Shown here one piece after another: positions 39,048-47,641 of a stretch of 64,000 nucleotides of DNA. The stretch spans positions 224,393-288,392 of the forward strand of contig JBMOLW010000030.1 in NCBI GenBank assembly GCA_049323875.1, written 5' to 3'. The notes under the pieces were generated by a model that worked only from the letters and a program-made list of their open reading frames with translations, was not told the origin of the DNA and ran no database searches. The DNA is from Nitrospirota bacterium (GTDB lineage: Bacteria; Nitrospirota; Thermodesulfovibrionia; Thermodesulfovibrionales; SM23-35). The position numbers were made by a program, and so were the translations under genes. The stretch's first letter is position 1. Every line of letters begins with the position of its first letter.

Positions 39048-40184
39048 ATGCCTGACTCCGTGACTGAATTCCTATACATCCATATCCCCTTTTGTCTCAG
39101 GAAATGCCTGTATTGCGATTTCCTCTCTGTACCCTATGACCCGTCGCTGGCCGGAGACTATCTGAACGCACTCTGCAGGGAATTGGAGATAGAGAAGGAT
39201 AATGCAGGCGTACTCCGGGCCGTTTATATCGGAGGCGGTACGCCGTCAACTCTTTCTGAGAACCAGTTCATGAAGCTGCTCGGTTGTGTACAGAGCAACT
39301 ACGTTCTTTCGCCGGATGCAGAGATAACCGTCGAGGCAAATCCGGGTTCTCTGGACAAGAGAAAAATTGCTGCCCTGGCTTCATCGGGGGTAAACAGGCT
39401 CAGCCTCGGCGTCCAGTCTTTCCATGACTCTGAACTGAAGACCCTCGGAAGAATCCATTCCGCAGATGAAGCGCGGAGGTCTCTTGCACGGTTTCATGAA
39501 GCGGGAATCCCGAACTATTCAATCGATCTAATCTACGGAATACCCGGCCAGCATATCGATACGTGGGCCGGTTCACTTGAAGAAGCAGTCAGGTTTTCAC
39601 CCCTGCACATTTCTGCCTATGAACTGACTCCCGAGCAGAATACTCCGTTCGTCCGCCTGCTGGAATCAGGCCGTCTTGCGATGCCTGATGATGACCTGAT
39701 ACTCAGCATGTATGACCGGGCAATTGAGTATCTCGGAAGTTTTGGTTATACGCACTACGAGATATCCAATTATTCCATCGCCGGTTCTGAATGCAGGCAC
39801 AACCTCAATTACTGGGACAGAGGGGAATACCTTGGCGCCGGTGCCGGTGCCCACTCCTTCCTGAACGGGACGCGCTCGAGGAATACCGGCGATATACAGC
39901 AATATATCGATAATCTCTCACGCGGAAACATTCCCGGGAGGGAATCATACCGGATTGCACCCGCTGATTCTTTGAGGGAATATCTCTTCCTTGGCTTAAG
40001 GAAAAAGCAGGGTATTTCTCTCAGCAAAGCAGGTATTTTTTCAGAAGATATACCGGCGCTGTGCAGGGACCTGATCGACGAAGGGTTTTTAGCAGTCAGT
40101 GGCGATACCTTGAGGCTCACCAGCAAGGGGTTTCCTGTCTCCAATGCGGTCATCGTAAAACTCTTCGGGATATTCGGGCTGTAA
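39048..40184 (+). CDS. hemW: Radical SAM haem chaperone HemW (HemN-like, oxygen-independent coproporphyrinogen oxidase family)
   Basis: LYIHIPFCLRKCLYCDF (CxxxCxxC), GGGTPS, and an HemN C-terminal domain. Sits downstream of lepA, the common lepA-hemW arrangement. Confidence 0.9.
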   Translation: MPDSVTEFLYIHIPFCLRKCLYCDFLSVPYDPSLAGDYLNALCRELEIEKDNAGVLRAVYIGGGTPSTLSENQFMKLLGCVQSNYVLSPDAEITVEANPGSLDKRKIAALASSGVNRLSLGVQSFHDSELKTLGRIHSADEARRSLARFHEAGIPNYSIDLIYGIPGQHIDTWAGSLEEAVRFSPLHISAYELTPEQNTPFVRLLESGRLAMPDDDLILSMYDRAIEYLGSFGYTHYEISNYSIAGSECRHNLNYWDRGEYLGAGAGAHSFLNGTRSRNTGDIQQYIDNLSRGNIPGRESYRIAPADSLREYLFLGLRKKQGISLSKAGIFSEDIPALCRDLIDEGFLAVSGDTLRLTSKGFPVSNAVIVKLFGIFGL

Positions 40185-40257
40185 CCCCCTGAACAAACCC
40201 CAATTATTATTTGACAGAAGGGAAATGAGGATTGTAGATTAGGAATAGAGACACGGC

Positions 40258-40863
40258 ATGGCTAGACACCGCGCAAGAACCGCTTTCATTGTTCTGTGCA
40301 TCCTTTGCCTCTCGGGCGTAGGATGCGCTTCCCTGTCGGACCGTGCACAGATGAAAACCGGCATGGCGGGGGGCTGTGTTTCAGGAGCAGCGCTGGGCGC
40401 CGCAATCGGCAGTATCCCGGGAGCCATGCTCGGCGGCATGCTCGGCACTGCTGCGGGGACAGTTCTTGACGAATACTTTGAAAGAAGGGCATTGAACGGA
40501 GATGAAGAGTTTTCCCGGCGCAAACAGAAGGAAGGCGAACAGAAGCTGGTTATCAGAGATTCGTCGGTCGATCCGCAGCAGGTTGCTACCGGCGGTGAAG
40601 CAACTACTCACGTGCAGTATTCTCTTCTCGGATCGTCGGACAGTAATACCGTAGAGGTCAGGGAAAAGCGCGAACTCTATACGAGGAATGAAGGCACTAC
40701 CCCTCTGTCTGAAAAAACAGTATCAAGATCGCAGGGGACCCACCGCTCATCACTCACCATAAAAATTCCCGACACCATTTCACGGGGCGATGCCGTTCTG
40801 ATTACTACCATTTCATACGGCACCAATCAGGCAACAGCACAAACACCGATAGAAATCCTTTAA
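40258..40863 (+). CDS. Putative lipoprotein with glycine-zipper segment, unknown function
   Basis: Signal/lipobox-like MARHRARTAFIVLCILCLSGVGC. Gly-zipper GGCVSGAALGAAIGSIPGAMLGGMLGTAAG. The C-terminal half appears beta-rich. Confidence 0.6.
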   Translation: MARHRARTAFIVLCILCLSGVGCASLSDRAQMKTGMAGGCVSGAALGAAIGSIPGAMLGGMLGTAAGTVLDEYFERRALNGDEEFSRRKQKEGEQKLVIRDSSVDPQQVATGGEATTHVQYSLLGSSDSNTVEVREKRELYTRNEGTTPLSEKTVSRSQGTHRSSLTIKIPDTISRGDAVLITTISYGTNQATAQTPIEIL

Positions 40864-40871
40864 CCTGCATT

Positions 40872-41004
40872 ATTCATAGCGAACTCTGTTCCAATGTTTG
40901 TCATTGTCCGGATCTGGTCGCCTCCGGCGCCGCCGAAAGCGGGCACACTTGACCGGATAATCCAGTCCCATTCTCTGGATTGTCCGGTCAAGCCGGACAA
41001 TGAC
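40872..41004 (+). repeat. Structured intergenic (REP/MITE-like) repeat, copy A
   Basis: Three modules are shared with copy B at 45921-46033. Module 1 is 40872-40911 (36/40 identical), module 2 is 40951-40966 (16/16), and module 3 is the hairpin at 40975-41004. It lies between convergent genes. Confidence 0.8.
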
Positions 41005-41124
41005 GAATTTTACGTATTTACTTGCTGGAGTAATAATAGCATAAACATTGCACTCATACGGTTGCGGAGTTTTTCCGGAAGCCAGGCTGGCGCGACTTTA
41101 TTAAGTGTCCCCCTGTATGACCTG

Positions 41125-42909
41125 TTATCCCAGACCAGTAACCCGGAGCACCTCCTCAACCGTTGTCACTCCCTGAATAAGCTTGGTGATGGCATTCTCC
41201 CTGAGAGTCCGCATTCCCTGTCCGAGCGCCACTTTTTGCACGTTCATCAGGGATGTTTTGTCGTGGACTTGCTCCCTGAGTTTCTCGGTCATATCCATGA
41301 TCTCAAAAATCCCGGTTCTTCCCCGGTAGCCTGTGCTCCTGCACTGTTCGCAGCCCCTCCCGAGGGATACTGTGTATGTTTTTACTTTTTCGTAATCGAG
41401 CCTCAGGATATAACACTCGTCTTTCGTCAGGTGATATTCCTCCTTACATGCCGGGCAGACCTTCCTGACCAGTCTCTGGGCAATGACGCCCAGCAGAGTG
41501 GCATTCAGGAGAAAATCTTTCGCCCCGAGATCAAGGAGCCTAGTGATGGAACTCGGGGCATCGTTCGTATGGAGTGTCGAAAAGACCAGATGACCGGTAA
41601 GCGCCGCCTGAATTGCGTTCTCTGCGGTTTCGAGATCCCGAATTTCTCCTACCATGATGATATCAGGGTCCTGTCGCAGAATTGTCCTCAGGGAATTCGC
41701 AAAAGTCACGTCAATCTGAGGATGCACCGCGGTCTGATTAAATCCCTCATAGATCATTTCTATCGGGTCTTCGATCGTCGTGACATTCACCTCGGAAGTC
41801 GAGAGCAGTTTCAGGAGCGAGTAGAGAGTTGTGGTTTTGCCGCTTCCCGTCGGGCCTGTCGCAAGGATGATACCATGGGTATTTGCAATGAATGATTTCA
41901 CCAGCTTGAGCTCTCTGGAGAAAAAGCCCAGTTCTTCTATATCCTTCATGAGCAATTCGGGATCAAATATCCTGATGACCACTTTTTCGCCGAAAGCAAC
42001 CGGGAGTGTGGAGATACGAAGTTCGACCTCCTTCCCTTCATGGGCCGTCTTGATTCTTCCGTCCTGCGGCCTCCTCTTCTCTGCAATATCCATCCGTGCA
42101 AGCATCTTGATCCTGGAGACGATCGGAGGATGAACAGCCTTGGGAATCTTATGGATATTATGGAGGATTCCGTCTATCCTGAATCGGATAAGGCTGAACT
42201 CCCGTTTCGGTTCGATATGGATATCCGAAGCCCTGCTGGAATAGGCATAATGGAGCAGATATTCAACTGCATTGACAATATGCTGATCAGTCGCTTCGAG
42301 TTCTGTGATGGATTTGAGTTTGATATACTGCTCAAGATTCCCGAGGTCCGTCTTTGTATCGATTTCCTTATCGGCTGAGGTAATAGCGGATTTGAACCCG
42401 AAAAACTCCGTAATGATCTGTGTGATATCTTCCCTGGTCGCAACCGCCGTCTCAACCCGGTAACCGGAAACGCGCTCAATCCAGTCCACAGCTTCCCGAT
42501 CAAACGGATCGGCAGTGGCAACAGTCAGGACATTGTTGGCAAGCGCAATGGGTACAATCTGGTGGCGGATCGCATAGGGACGTGAAATGATCCTGGTGAC
42601 GATTTCGTAATCCAGCTTCAGTGGGTCAATCCTGACAAAGGGAAGGTTCAGGTGTCTGGCAACTGCCATCATGATACCCTCGGCGGTCAGTATCCTCCCC
42701 TCTTGCGGAGAAGATATCTTGAGCGATTCGATAATGTCGATCAGGGAAACAATCGACTGGTCGGCGAGCACATGTCGTGCTCCCGGTCTTTTTGACTTGA
42801 GCAACTTTGCCCTCTGGAGAGTCGCTTTTGACCTGACTGACTGGACCTGTTCTTCGGTCAGGAGTCCCTCAGAGGAGAGGATATCAAGCAGCGGTTCATT
42901 TTCTTTCAC
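41125..42909 (-). CDS. GspE/PilB-family type II secretion / type IV pilus assembly ATPase (orphan)
   Basis: T2SSE N-terminal domain, Walker A GPTGSGKTT, Asp and His boxes (IMVGEIRD, GHLVFSTLHTN), and the tetracysteine motif CPACKEEY...CEQCRSTGYRGR. Confidence 0.9.
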   Translation of the reverse strand: MKENEPLLDILSSEGLLTEEQVQSVRSKATLQRAKLLKSKRPGARHVLADQSIVSLIDIIESLKISSPQEGRILTAEGIMMAVARHLNLPFVRIDPLKLDYEIVTRIISRPYAIRHQIVPIALANNVLTVATADPFDREAVDWIERVSGYRVETAVATREDITQIITEFFGFKSAITSADKEIDTKTDLGNLEQYIKLKSITELEATDQHIVNAVEYLLHYAYSSRASDIHIEPKREFSLIRFRIDGILHNIHKIPKAVHPPIVSRIKMLARMDIAEKRRPQDGRIKTAHEGKEVELRISTLPVAFGEKVVIRIFDPELLMKDIEELGFFSRELKLVKSFIANTHGIILATGPTGSGKTTTLYSLLKLLSTSEVNVTTIEDPIEMIYEGFNQTAVHPQIDVTFANSLRTILRQDPDIIMVGEIRDLETAENAIQAALTGHLVFSTLHTNDAPSSITRLLDLGAKDFLLNATLLGVIAQRLVRKVCPACKEEYHLTKDECYILRLDYEKVKTYTVSLGRGCEQCRSTGYRGRTGIFEIMDMTEKLREQVHDKTSLMNVQKVALGQGMRTLRENAITKLIQGVTTVEEVLRVTGLG

Positions 42910-43108
42910 AAAATTATGATACCATGTTTTGCATGAGAAAAAACCTTCATCTCCTGTGCTAAAATACGTAAAGAGGCATACCGAGGTGAGATTGCTTCTG
43001 CCTGCTCGCCATGACGCGAGGGGATATGCAATTGCCGTGGTCAGATTTATGAAGCAATGCCGGACAACCGGCTCTTGAGCGGAATAAATAAGGAGTTACA
43101 CCAAGACA

Positions 43109-43204
43109 ATGAAAGAATGGGATTGGCTCACAGGAGGAATCATTATCGGAATATGGCTGGTTCTGGTATTATTCGTTTTTCCGAAGCTGGGAATTCCCAC
43201 CTGA
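43109..43204 (+). CDS. Candidate 31-aa single-TM small protein (not in ORF track)
   Basis: AAGGAG lies 12 nt upstream of the ATG. Translation is MKEWDWLTGGIIIGIWLVLVLFVFPKLGIPT. It sits 121 nt upstream of the ABC-transporter genes. Support is ORF, RBS and hydrophobicity only. Confidence 0.3.
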   Translation: MKEWDWLTGGIIIGIWLVLVLFVFPKLGIPT

Positions 43205-43325
43205 AGGACTAACCACCGGGATCCGGGTAATCCCAAAAAAAAGTGCTGAAGCCTTTCCCTGAATGCCTCTGACCGTCGCAGGTTTCTCCGGGCGGTTTTG
43301 CATCGTTTCATGGTAAACTGCATAG

Positions 43326-44303
43326 GTGTCTATCATTCAGGTCCATAATTTGGCAAAGAAGTTCGGCCATATTGCTGCCGTCAACGACGTCTCATTCGAG
43401 GTTGAAGAAGGAACCGTATTCGGATTTCTTGGTCCGAACGGTGCAGGCAAGACCACAACCATCAATATCCTCTGCACCCTCCTTGCACCGACATCCGGTT
43501 CAGCGTTCATTGCAGGCTATGACTGCATGAGAGAGCCCTCGGAAGTCAGAAAAGCAATCGGGATCGTGTTCCAGGATACCACACTCGACAAGGACCTTAC
43601 TGCTTACGAAAATCTTATGTTCCACGCATATCTCTACAATGTCCGGAAAGAATCGAGAAAGAACCGCGTGGATGAAGTGTTGCGGTTTGTAGATCTCTAT
43701 GAAAGAAAAGATGATCTCGTCAGAAAATTCTCCGGGGGCATGAAGCGGAGGCTTGAAGTAGCGCGCGGTCTGATTCACAGGCCGAAAATCCTTTTCCTTG
43801 ATGAACCGACACTCGGTCTCGATCCGCAGAGCAGGGCAAATCTCTGGGAATTTATCTCTGAACTTCCCGGAAAGCATAACGTAACCATCTTCATGACTAC
43901 CCATTATATGGAAGAGGCGGAGGTATGCAGCAGAATCGCTATTATAGACAACGGGAAAATCATCGCCCTTGATTCGCCGTCTGAACTGAAACAGGCAATA
44001 GGCGGCGATGTCGTCTCTATAAAAACCACCGATAACCCGAGCACAAAAAGGGAACTTGAAAGGATTTTCAAGCTTGGGGTCACTGAGAAAGAAGGTGAAC
44101 TCTCCATGACATGTCCGATAGGCGACACCTGTATTCCGGAGATGCTCCGGACGATTGGGGATAAGGTACTCTCTGTCAGGATTCAGAGACCAACCCTGAA
44201 CGACGTATTCCTCAATCTCACAGGGAAGGCAATACGTGACGGGGAAGCAACCGGAGGAGATACGGTGAAAGACTCGATCCGGGCATACCGGAGAAGACAC
44301 TGA
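43326..44303 (+). CDS. ABC transporter ATP-binding protein (ABC-2/DrrA-NatA type)
   Basis: GTG start. Walker A GPNGAGKTT, Q-loop, signature FSGGMKRRL, Walker B ILFLDEPTLGLD, H-loop TTHYMEEA, and a C-terminal accessory domain. Confidence 0.92.
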   Translation: MSIIQVHNLAKKFGHIAAVNDVSFEVEEGTVFGFLGPNGAGKTTTINILCTLLAPTSGSAFIAGYDCMREPSEVRKAIGIVFQDTTLDKDLTAYENLMFHAYLYNVRKESRKNRVDEVLRFVDLYERKDDLVRKFSGGMKRRLEVARGLIHRPKILFLDEPTLGLDPQSRANLWEFISELPGKHNVTIFMTTHYMEEAEVCSRIAIIDNGKIIALDSPSELKQAIGGDVVSIKTTDNPSTKRELERIFKLGVTEKEGELSMTCPIGDTCIPEMLRTIGDKVLSVRIQRPTLNDVFLNLTGKAIRDGEATGGDTVKDSIRAYRRRH

Positions 44304-44354
44304 GAAAAGCTCATGGCTGACAGCTCATAGCTTGAAAGAGTATCAAGACATTCT

Positions 44355-45119
44355 ATGGAATATAATGCAATTTATGTTATCGTCGCACGGGAACTGAAGA
44401 AATTCGTCAGGGAGAAGAGCCGCCTTTTTTCCGCCATAGCCCGTCCGCTCCTCTGGCTTTTTATCGTGGGCGCCGGGATATCCCGCCTTGTTCCGGGAGA
44501 TGCAGGTGTTCCCTATACTCAGTTTATCTTTCCGGGTATCCTCGGCATGACCATCCTGTTCAGTTCAGTCTTCTCGTCAATCTCGATCATCTGGGACAAG
44601 GAATTCGGTTTCATGAAAGAGATCCTCGTCGCTCCCGTATCCCGGTTCTCAATTGTGATCGGCAAGGCACTGAGCGGGACGATCGTTTCCCTCATTCAGG
44701 CGGTCATCATCCTTGCGTTTTTCCCGCTCGTTGGCTTCAGGCTTGATGGCATGCAGGTCCTGTCGGTCATCTTCATCTGCACATGCCTTTCATTCTGTAT
44801 TGCGTCCTTCGGGATTGTTCTCGCAACGTTCTATGACAGCTATGAAAGCTTCAGCGTGATCATGAATTTCATTATCATGCCCATGTTTTTCCTCTCCGGA
44901 GCGATGTATCCTATCCGTCTCCTGCCCGACATTCTCCGTATTGTCGCCCACCTCAATCCTCTGACCTACGGGATCGATGCCATGAAACACGTTTTGTTCC
45001 CGGATGCGGCAGGAAGCATGGGCCCTGACTTTTCGATCGGTACAAGCGCACTGGTAATCCTGCTGACCTCCCTTGCATTCGTAGTTCTTGCGGGGAAGTC
45101 TTTCGAGAGGAAAAAATGA
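44355..45119 (+). CDS. ABC-2 type transporter permease
   Basis: 254 aa with six hydrophobic helices. The N-terminal REL.KF.REKSRL... is typical of ABC-2 permeases. Sits directly downstream of the ATPase. Confidence 0.85.
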   Translation: MEYNAIYVIVARELKKFVREKSRLFSAIARPLLWLFIVGAGISRLVPGDAGVPYTQFIFPGILGMTILFSSVFSSISIIWDKEFGFMKEILVAPVSRFSIVIGKALSGTIVSLIQAVIILAFFPLVGFRLDGMQVLSVIFICTCLSFCIASFGIVLATFYDSYESFSVIMNFIIMPMFFLSGAMYPIRLLPDILRIVAHLNPLTYGIDAMKHVLFPDAAGSMGPDFSIGTSALVILLTSLAFVVLAGKSFERKK

Positions 45120-45125
45120 TAGACT

Positions 45126-45872
45126 ATGAGAAAAAGCCCGAAAGGAACCGTCATGATCCCCTTCTGTCTCATGGCAAAAACGATTTCTGACGCATGGTTT
45201 CAGCTTATCTATAACCTGTTTGATAAGGCCTACTCACAGAACATACAAAAAGGCTCCTTTGAGAACGAACAATACCGCCTCCAATATCCGGGGATCGCAG
45301 TTTATATTGAACATCCATATTACGACATCGTGCCGAGCATCCCGTCCGCCCTCGGTATCCCTGCTCCGACAACCATGGAATATATCGAAGATTACTTTGC
45401 GAATTACCTTATGAATCCCGAGCTTGCTGAAAACGAAACATACACATACGCAAGCAGGATACAATGCTCCATGCCGAACGGAGGCACCCAGCTTGACCGG
45501 GTTATCGTTATGCTGAAGGAAACTCCGCTGACAAACCAGGCAGTCGTCGAGATTGCAACTCCCCATGATCTCGATATCTGTTATGGAAAAGACGGCAAGC
45601 TCGATCCCCCCTGTCTCAGACTGATTGATTTCAAGGTCATCCCTTCGGGAGATTCGCTTTTGCTCACGGTAAGCGTCTACTTCAGGTCATGGGATTTATG
45701 GGCGGGTTTCCCGACAAACCTCGGCGGGATAGAACTCCTGAAGCAGTTCGTTGCTTCGGAAACGGAACTGAAGAACGGTCCCCTGTATGCCTACAGCGCA
45801 GGCGCCCACATTTACGGCTATCAGGAAGAGATCGCCCGTCTCAGAACGCTGAAATCGAATAAATCTGCATAA
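45126..45872 (+). CDS. Thymidylate-synthase-fold protein (short, archaeal-style ThyA-like)
   Basis: DPPCLRLIDFKV matches the catalytic P-C-(H) strand. YFRSWDLWAGFPTNLGG matches ThyA YQRS.D..LG.PFN. AGAHIYGYQ matches GD.HIY.NH. It starts 6 nt after the permease stop; alternative ATGs are at 45153 and 45171. Confidence 0.65.
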   Translation: MRKSPKGTVMIPFCLMAKTISDAWFQLIYNLFDKAYSQNIQKGSFENEQYRLQYPGIAVYIEHPYYDIVPSIPSALGIPAPTTMEYIEDYFANYLMNPELAENETYTYASRIQCSMPNGGTQLDRVIVMLKETPLTNQAVVEIATPHDLDICYGKDGKLDPPCLRLIDFKVIPSGDSLLLTVSVYFRSWDLWAGFPTNLGGIELLKQFVASETELKNGPLYAYSAGAHIYGYQEEIARLRTLKSNKSA

Positions 45873-45920
45873 AAGGAAAAATAGTTTGCAATGATCTTTA
45901 TACCGCATTCCATTCATGGC

Positions 45921-46033
45921 GAACTCTGTTCCAATGGTTGTCGTTATCCGGCCTGACCGGATAATCCAGTTCTTTATTTGCAAAGCTTCTGATACTGGAT
46001 TCCCCGATCAAGTCGGGGAATGACAGAGAAATA
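45921..46033 (+). repeat. Structured intergenic (REP/MITE-like) repeat, copy B
   Basis: Same three modules and same orientation as copy A. The hairpins are TTATCCGG-cctga-CCGGATAA and TTCCCCGA-tcaag-TCGGGGAA. It also lies between convergent genes. Confidence 0.8.
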
Positions 46034-46121
46034 TCTTAAACAAGTTTTTAGATCTTTGAGGATTTACAGCATGGAACTCCTGGTTGATGCGGTCTGTAAA
46101 CGTTTATCCCGATTCTTATAT

Positions 46122-47279
46122 CTACGACCCTTTGAGCGGCAGCCTGATAAGAAACGTTGTGCCTTTGCCCGGTTCGCTTTCGACAGAGATGTCCCCGTTA
46201 TGATACTGGACTATCTTCAACGCAAAGGTAAGTCCCAATCCCGGACTGTACATCTTTGAAGAGACCATGGGATCGAAGATATTCTTTATCTTGTCCTTTT
46301 CGATTCCTTTTCCGGTATCGGCGATCTGCACTCTCAGATTTTCTGTGCCGGTCCTCGTGCTGATCGTAAGATTTTTTTCTGTGGTCTCCATAGCCTCAAT
46401 CGCATTCCTGATCATGTTGCAGAGAGCCCTTTTCATAAGCTTTTTGTCGATCGGAAGGACAGGGAGCTCATTCTGGAGGTCTGTCTTTACCGTAATATTC
46501 TTTTCCGCAAACTCCTTTTCGAACACCTTGAGGGCATCAAGAACAATCTCATTGATGTCGACAGGCTCCTTCTGGGATATCTCCATGGATTTGAGTTCTA
46601 TGAGCTGCCTGATCATCTCTTCAAGCACTGCAACATCTTCTATGATCATCTGGAGATATTTTCTGTTCGGGTCATCTTTAGGAAGTTTCTGAAAGACCTT
46701 CCGCGCAAACCCGCCGATCGATGTCAGGGGGTTCCGTATCTCGTGCGCAACCTCGTCGATCATCTGTTCAAGGGCTCCGGTTTTCTCGGTCTCAACCTTC
46801 TTTTCATGGGTTGCCTTGATGGAGAGGAGGGAGCGTACCCTTGCGGAGAGTTCTTTATAGTCAAAGGGCTTCGCCATGTAATCATCGGCCCCCGTATCAA
46901 GCCCTTTTACCTTGTAGTCGATTTCCCCTTTTGCGGTGAGCATAAGGATGGGTATATATTTTGTCTTTTCGTCAGACTTCAGCCGTCTGCAGGTCTCGTA
47001 TCCATCCATCACCGGCATCATGACGTCAAGAACGATCAGGTCGGGGTTATATTCCGGGACTTTCCTGAGCCCTTCTTCGCCATTGGAGGCCTGGTCAGTG
47101 TCATATCCTTCGGCGCGGAATCTCTTCCTGAGCAGTTCGACGGTGTCAGGGGCGTCATCGACAATCAGTATCTTATTCTTCTTCTCTCCCAAGAACGCTT
47201 TCCCATTTTCCCCGAAGATAATTCCTGACCTGCTCAGGAAATTCCCGCACATTGATCGGTTTCGATATGTATCCTTCAA
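46122..47279 (-). CDS. Receiver-histidine kinase fusion (REC-HisKA-HATPase)
   Basis: REC domain (KILIVDDAPDTVELL...DLIVLDVMMPVMDG...LTAKG), H-box VAHEIRNPLTSIGGF, ATPase motifs NAIEAM, DTGKGI and GLGLTF. The true start is probably downstream of 47279 (ATG 47252 or TTG 47192), because the maximal ORF overlaps the upstream gene by 107 nt. Confidence 0.88.
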   Translation of the reverse strand: MKDTYRNRSMCGNFLSRSGIIFGENGKAFLGEKKNKILIVDDAPDTVELLRKRFRAEGYDTDQASNGEEGLRKVPEYNPDLIVLDVMMPVMDGYETCRRLKSDEKTKYIPILMLTAKGEIDYKVKGLDTGADDYMAKPFDYKELSARVRSLLSIKATHEKKVETEKTGALEQMIDEVAHEIRNPLTSIGGFARKVFQKLPKDDPNRKYLQMIIEDVAVLEEMIRQLIELKSMEISQKEPVDINEIVLDALKVFEKEFAEKNITVKTDLQNELPVLPIDKKLMKRALCNMIRNAIEAMETTEKNLTISTRTGTENLRVQIADTGKGIEKDKIKNIFDPMVSSKMYSPGLGLTFALKIVQYHNGDISVESEPGKGTTFLIRLPLKGS

Positions 47280-47595
47280 ACCCGCCGCTGATGAACTTTT
47301 CCCTGTCGCCTTTCATCGCGTGGGCAGTCAGTGCAACAATAGGAATCTCCCTGAATTCTTCCATGGTTTTGAGCCGCTTAACGACTTCAAAGCCGTCTAT
47401 TTTCGGAATCGATATATCCATGAGGATGAGGTTCGGTTTTTCAGTGAGCGCTTTCTGAATAGCCTCTTCACCGTCCTGAGCCTCAATCATCTGATAGCCT
47501 TTATTTTTCAGGACTTTCACCACAAGCTCACGGCTGTCCTGATTATCCTCTACAACGAGGATAGTCCGCGGGATTATCTTCTTGTTCTCGTCCAT
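47173..47595 (-). CDS. Single-domain CheY-like response regulator
   Basis: ILVVEDNQDSRELVVKVL, phospho-acceptor context LILMDISIPKIDG, and VALTAHAMKGD. 140 aa with no output domain. Confidence 0.9.
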   Translation of the reverse strand: MDENKKIIPRTILVVEDNQDSRELVVKVLKNKGYQMIEAQDGEEAIQKALTEKPNLILMDISIPKIDGFEVVKRLKTMEEFREIPIVALTAHAMKGDREKFISGGFEGYISKPINVREFPEQVRNYLRGKWESVLGREEE

Positions 47596-47641
47596 GCCGT
47601 CCTATCCGATCTGCATCCTATTATATCCGGCCTCCGAATTT

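Noticed and set aside
40894-41895. Listed 333-aa plus-strand ORF.
   Set aside because: Its 5' part is read out of the intergenic repeat (…SLDCPVKPDNDEF comes from the hairpin). The remainder is antisense to the well-supported GspE-type ATPase. No motifs are present.
42820-42909. Possible c-di-GMP-binding MshEN motif at the N-terminus of the GspE-type ATPase (PLLDILSSEGLLTEEQVQSVRSKA versus RLGxxLLxxGLLxxxxLxxxLxxQ).
   Set aside because: Only the central GLLTEEQ part matches. The leading Arg-Leu-Gly and the terminal Leu/Gln positions are not conserved, and I see no second tandem motif. I do not claim c-di-GMP binding.
43500-44300. Listed 266-aa minus-strand ORF.
   Set aside because: It is antisense to the ABC ATPase, which carries the complete Walker A, signature, Walker B and H-loop set.
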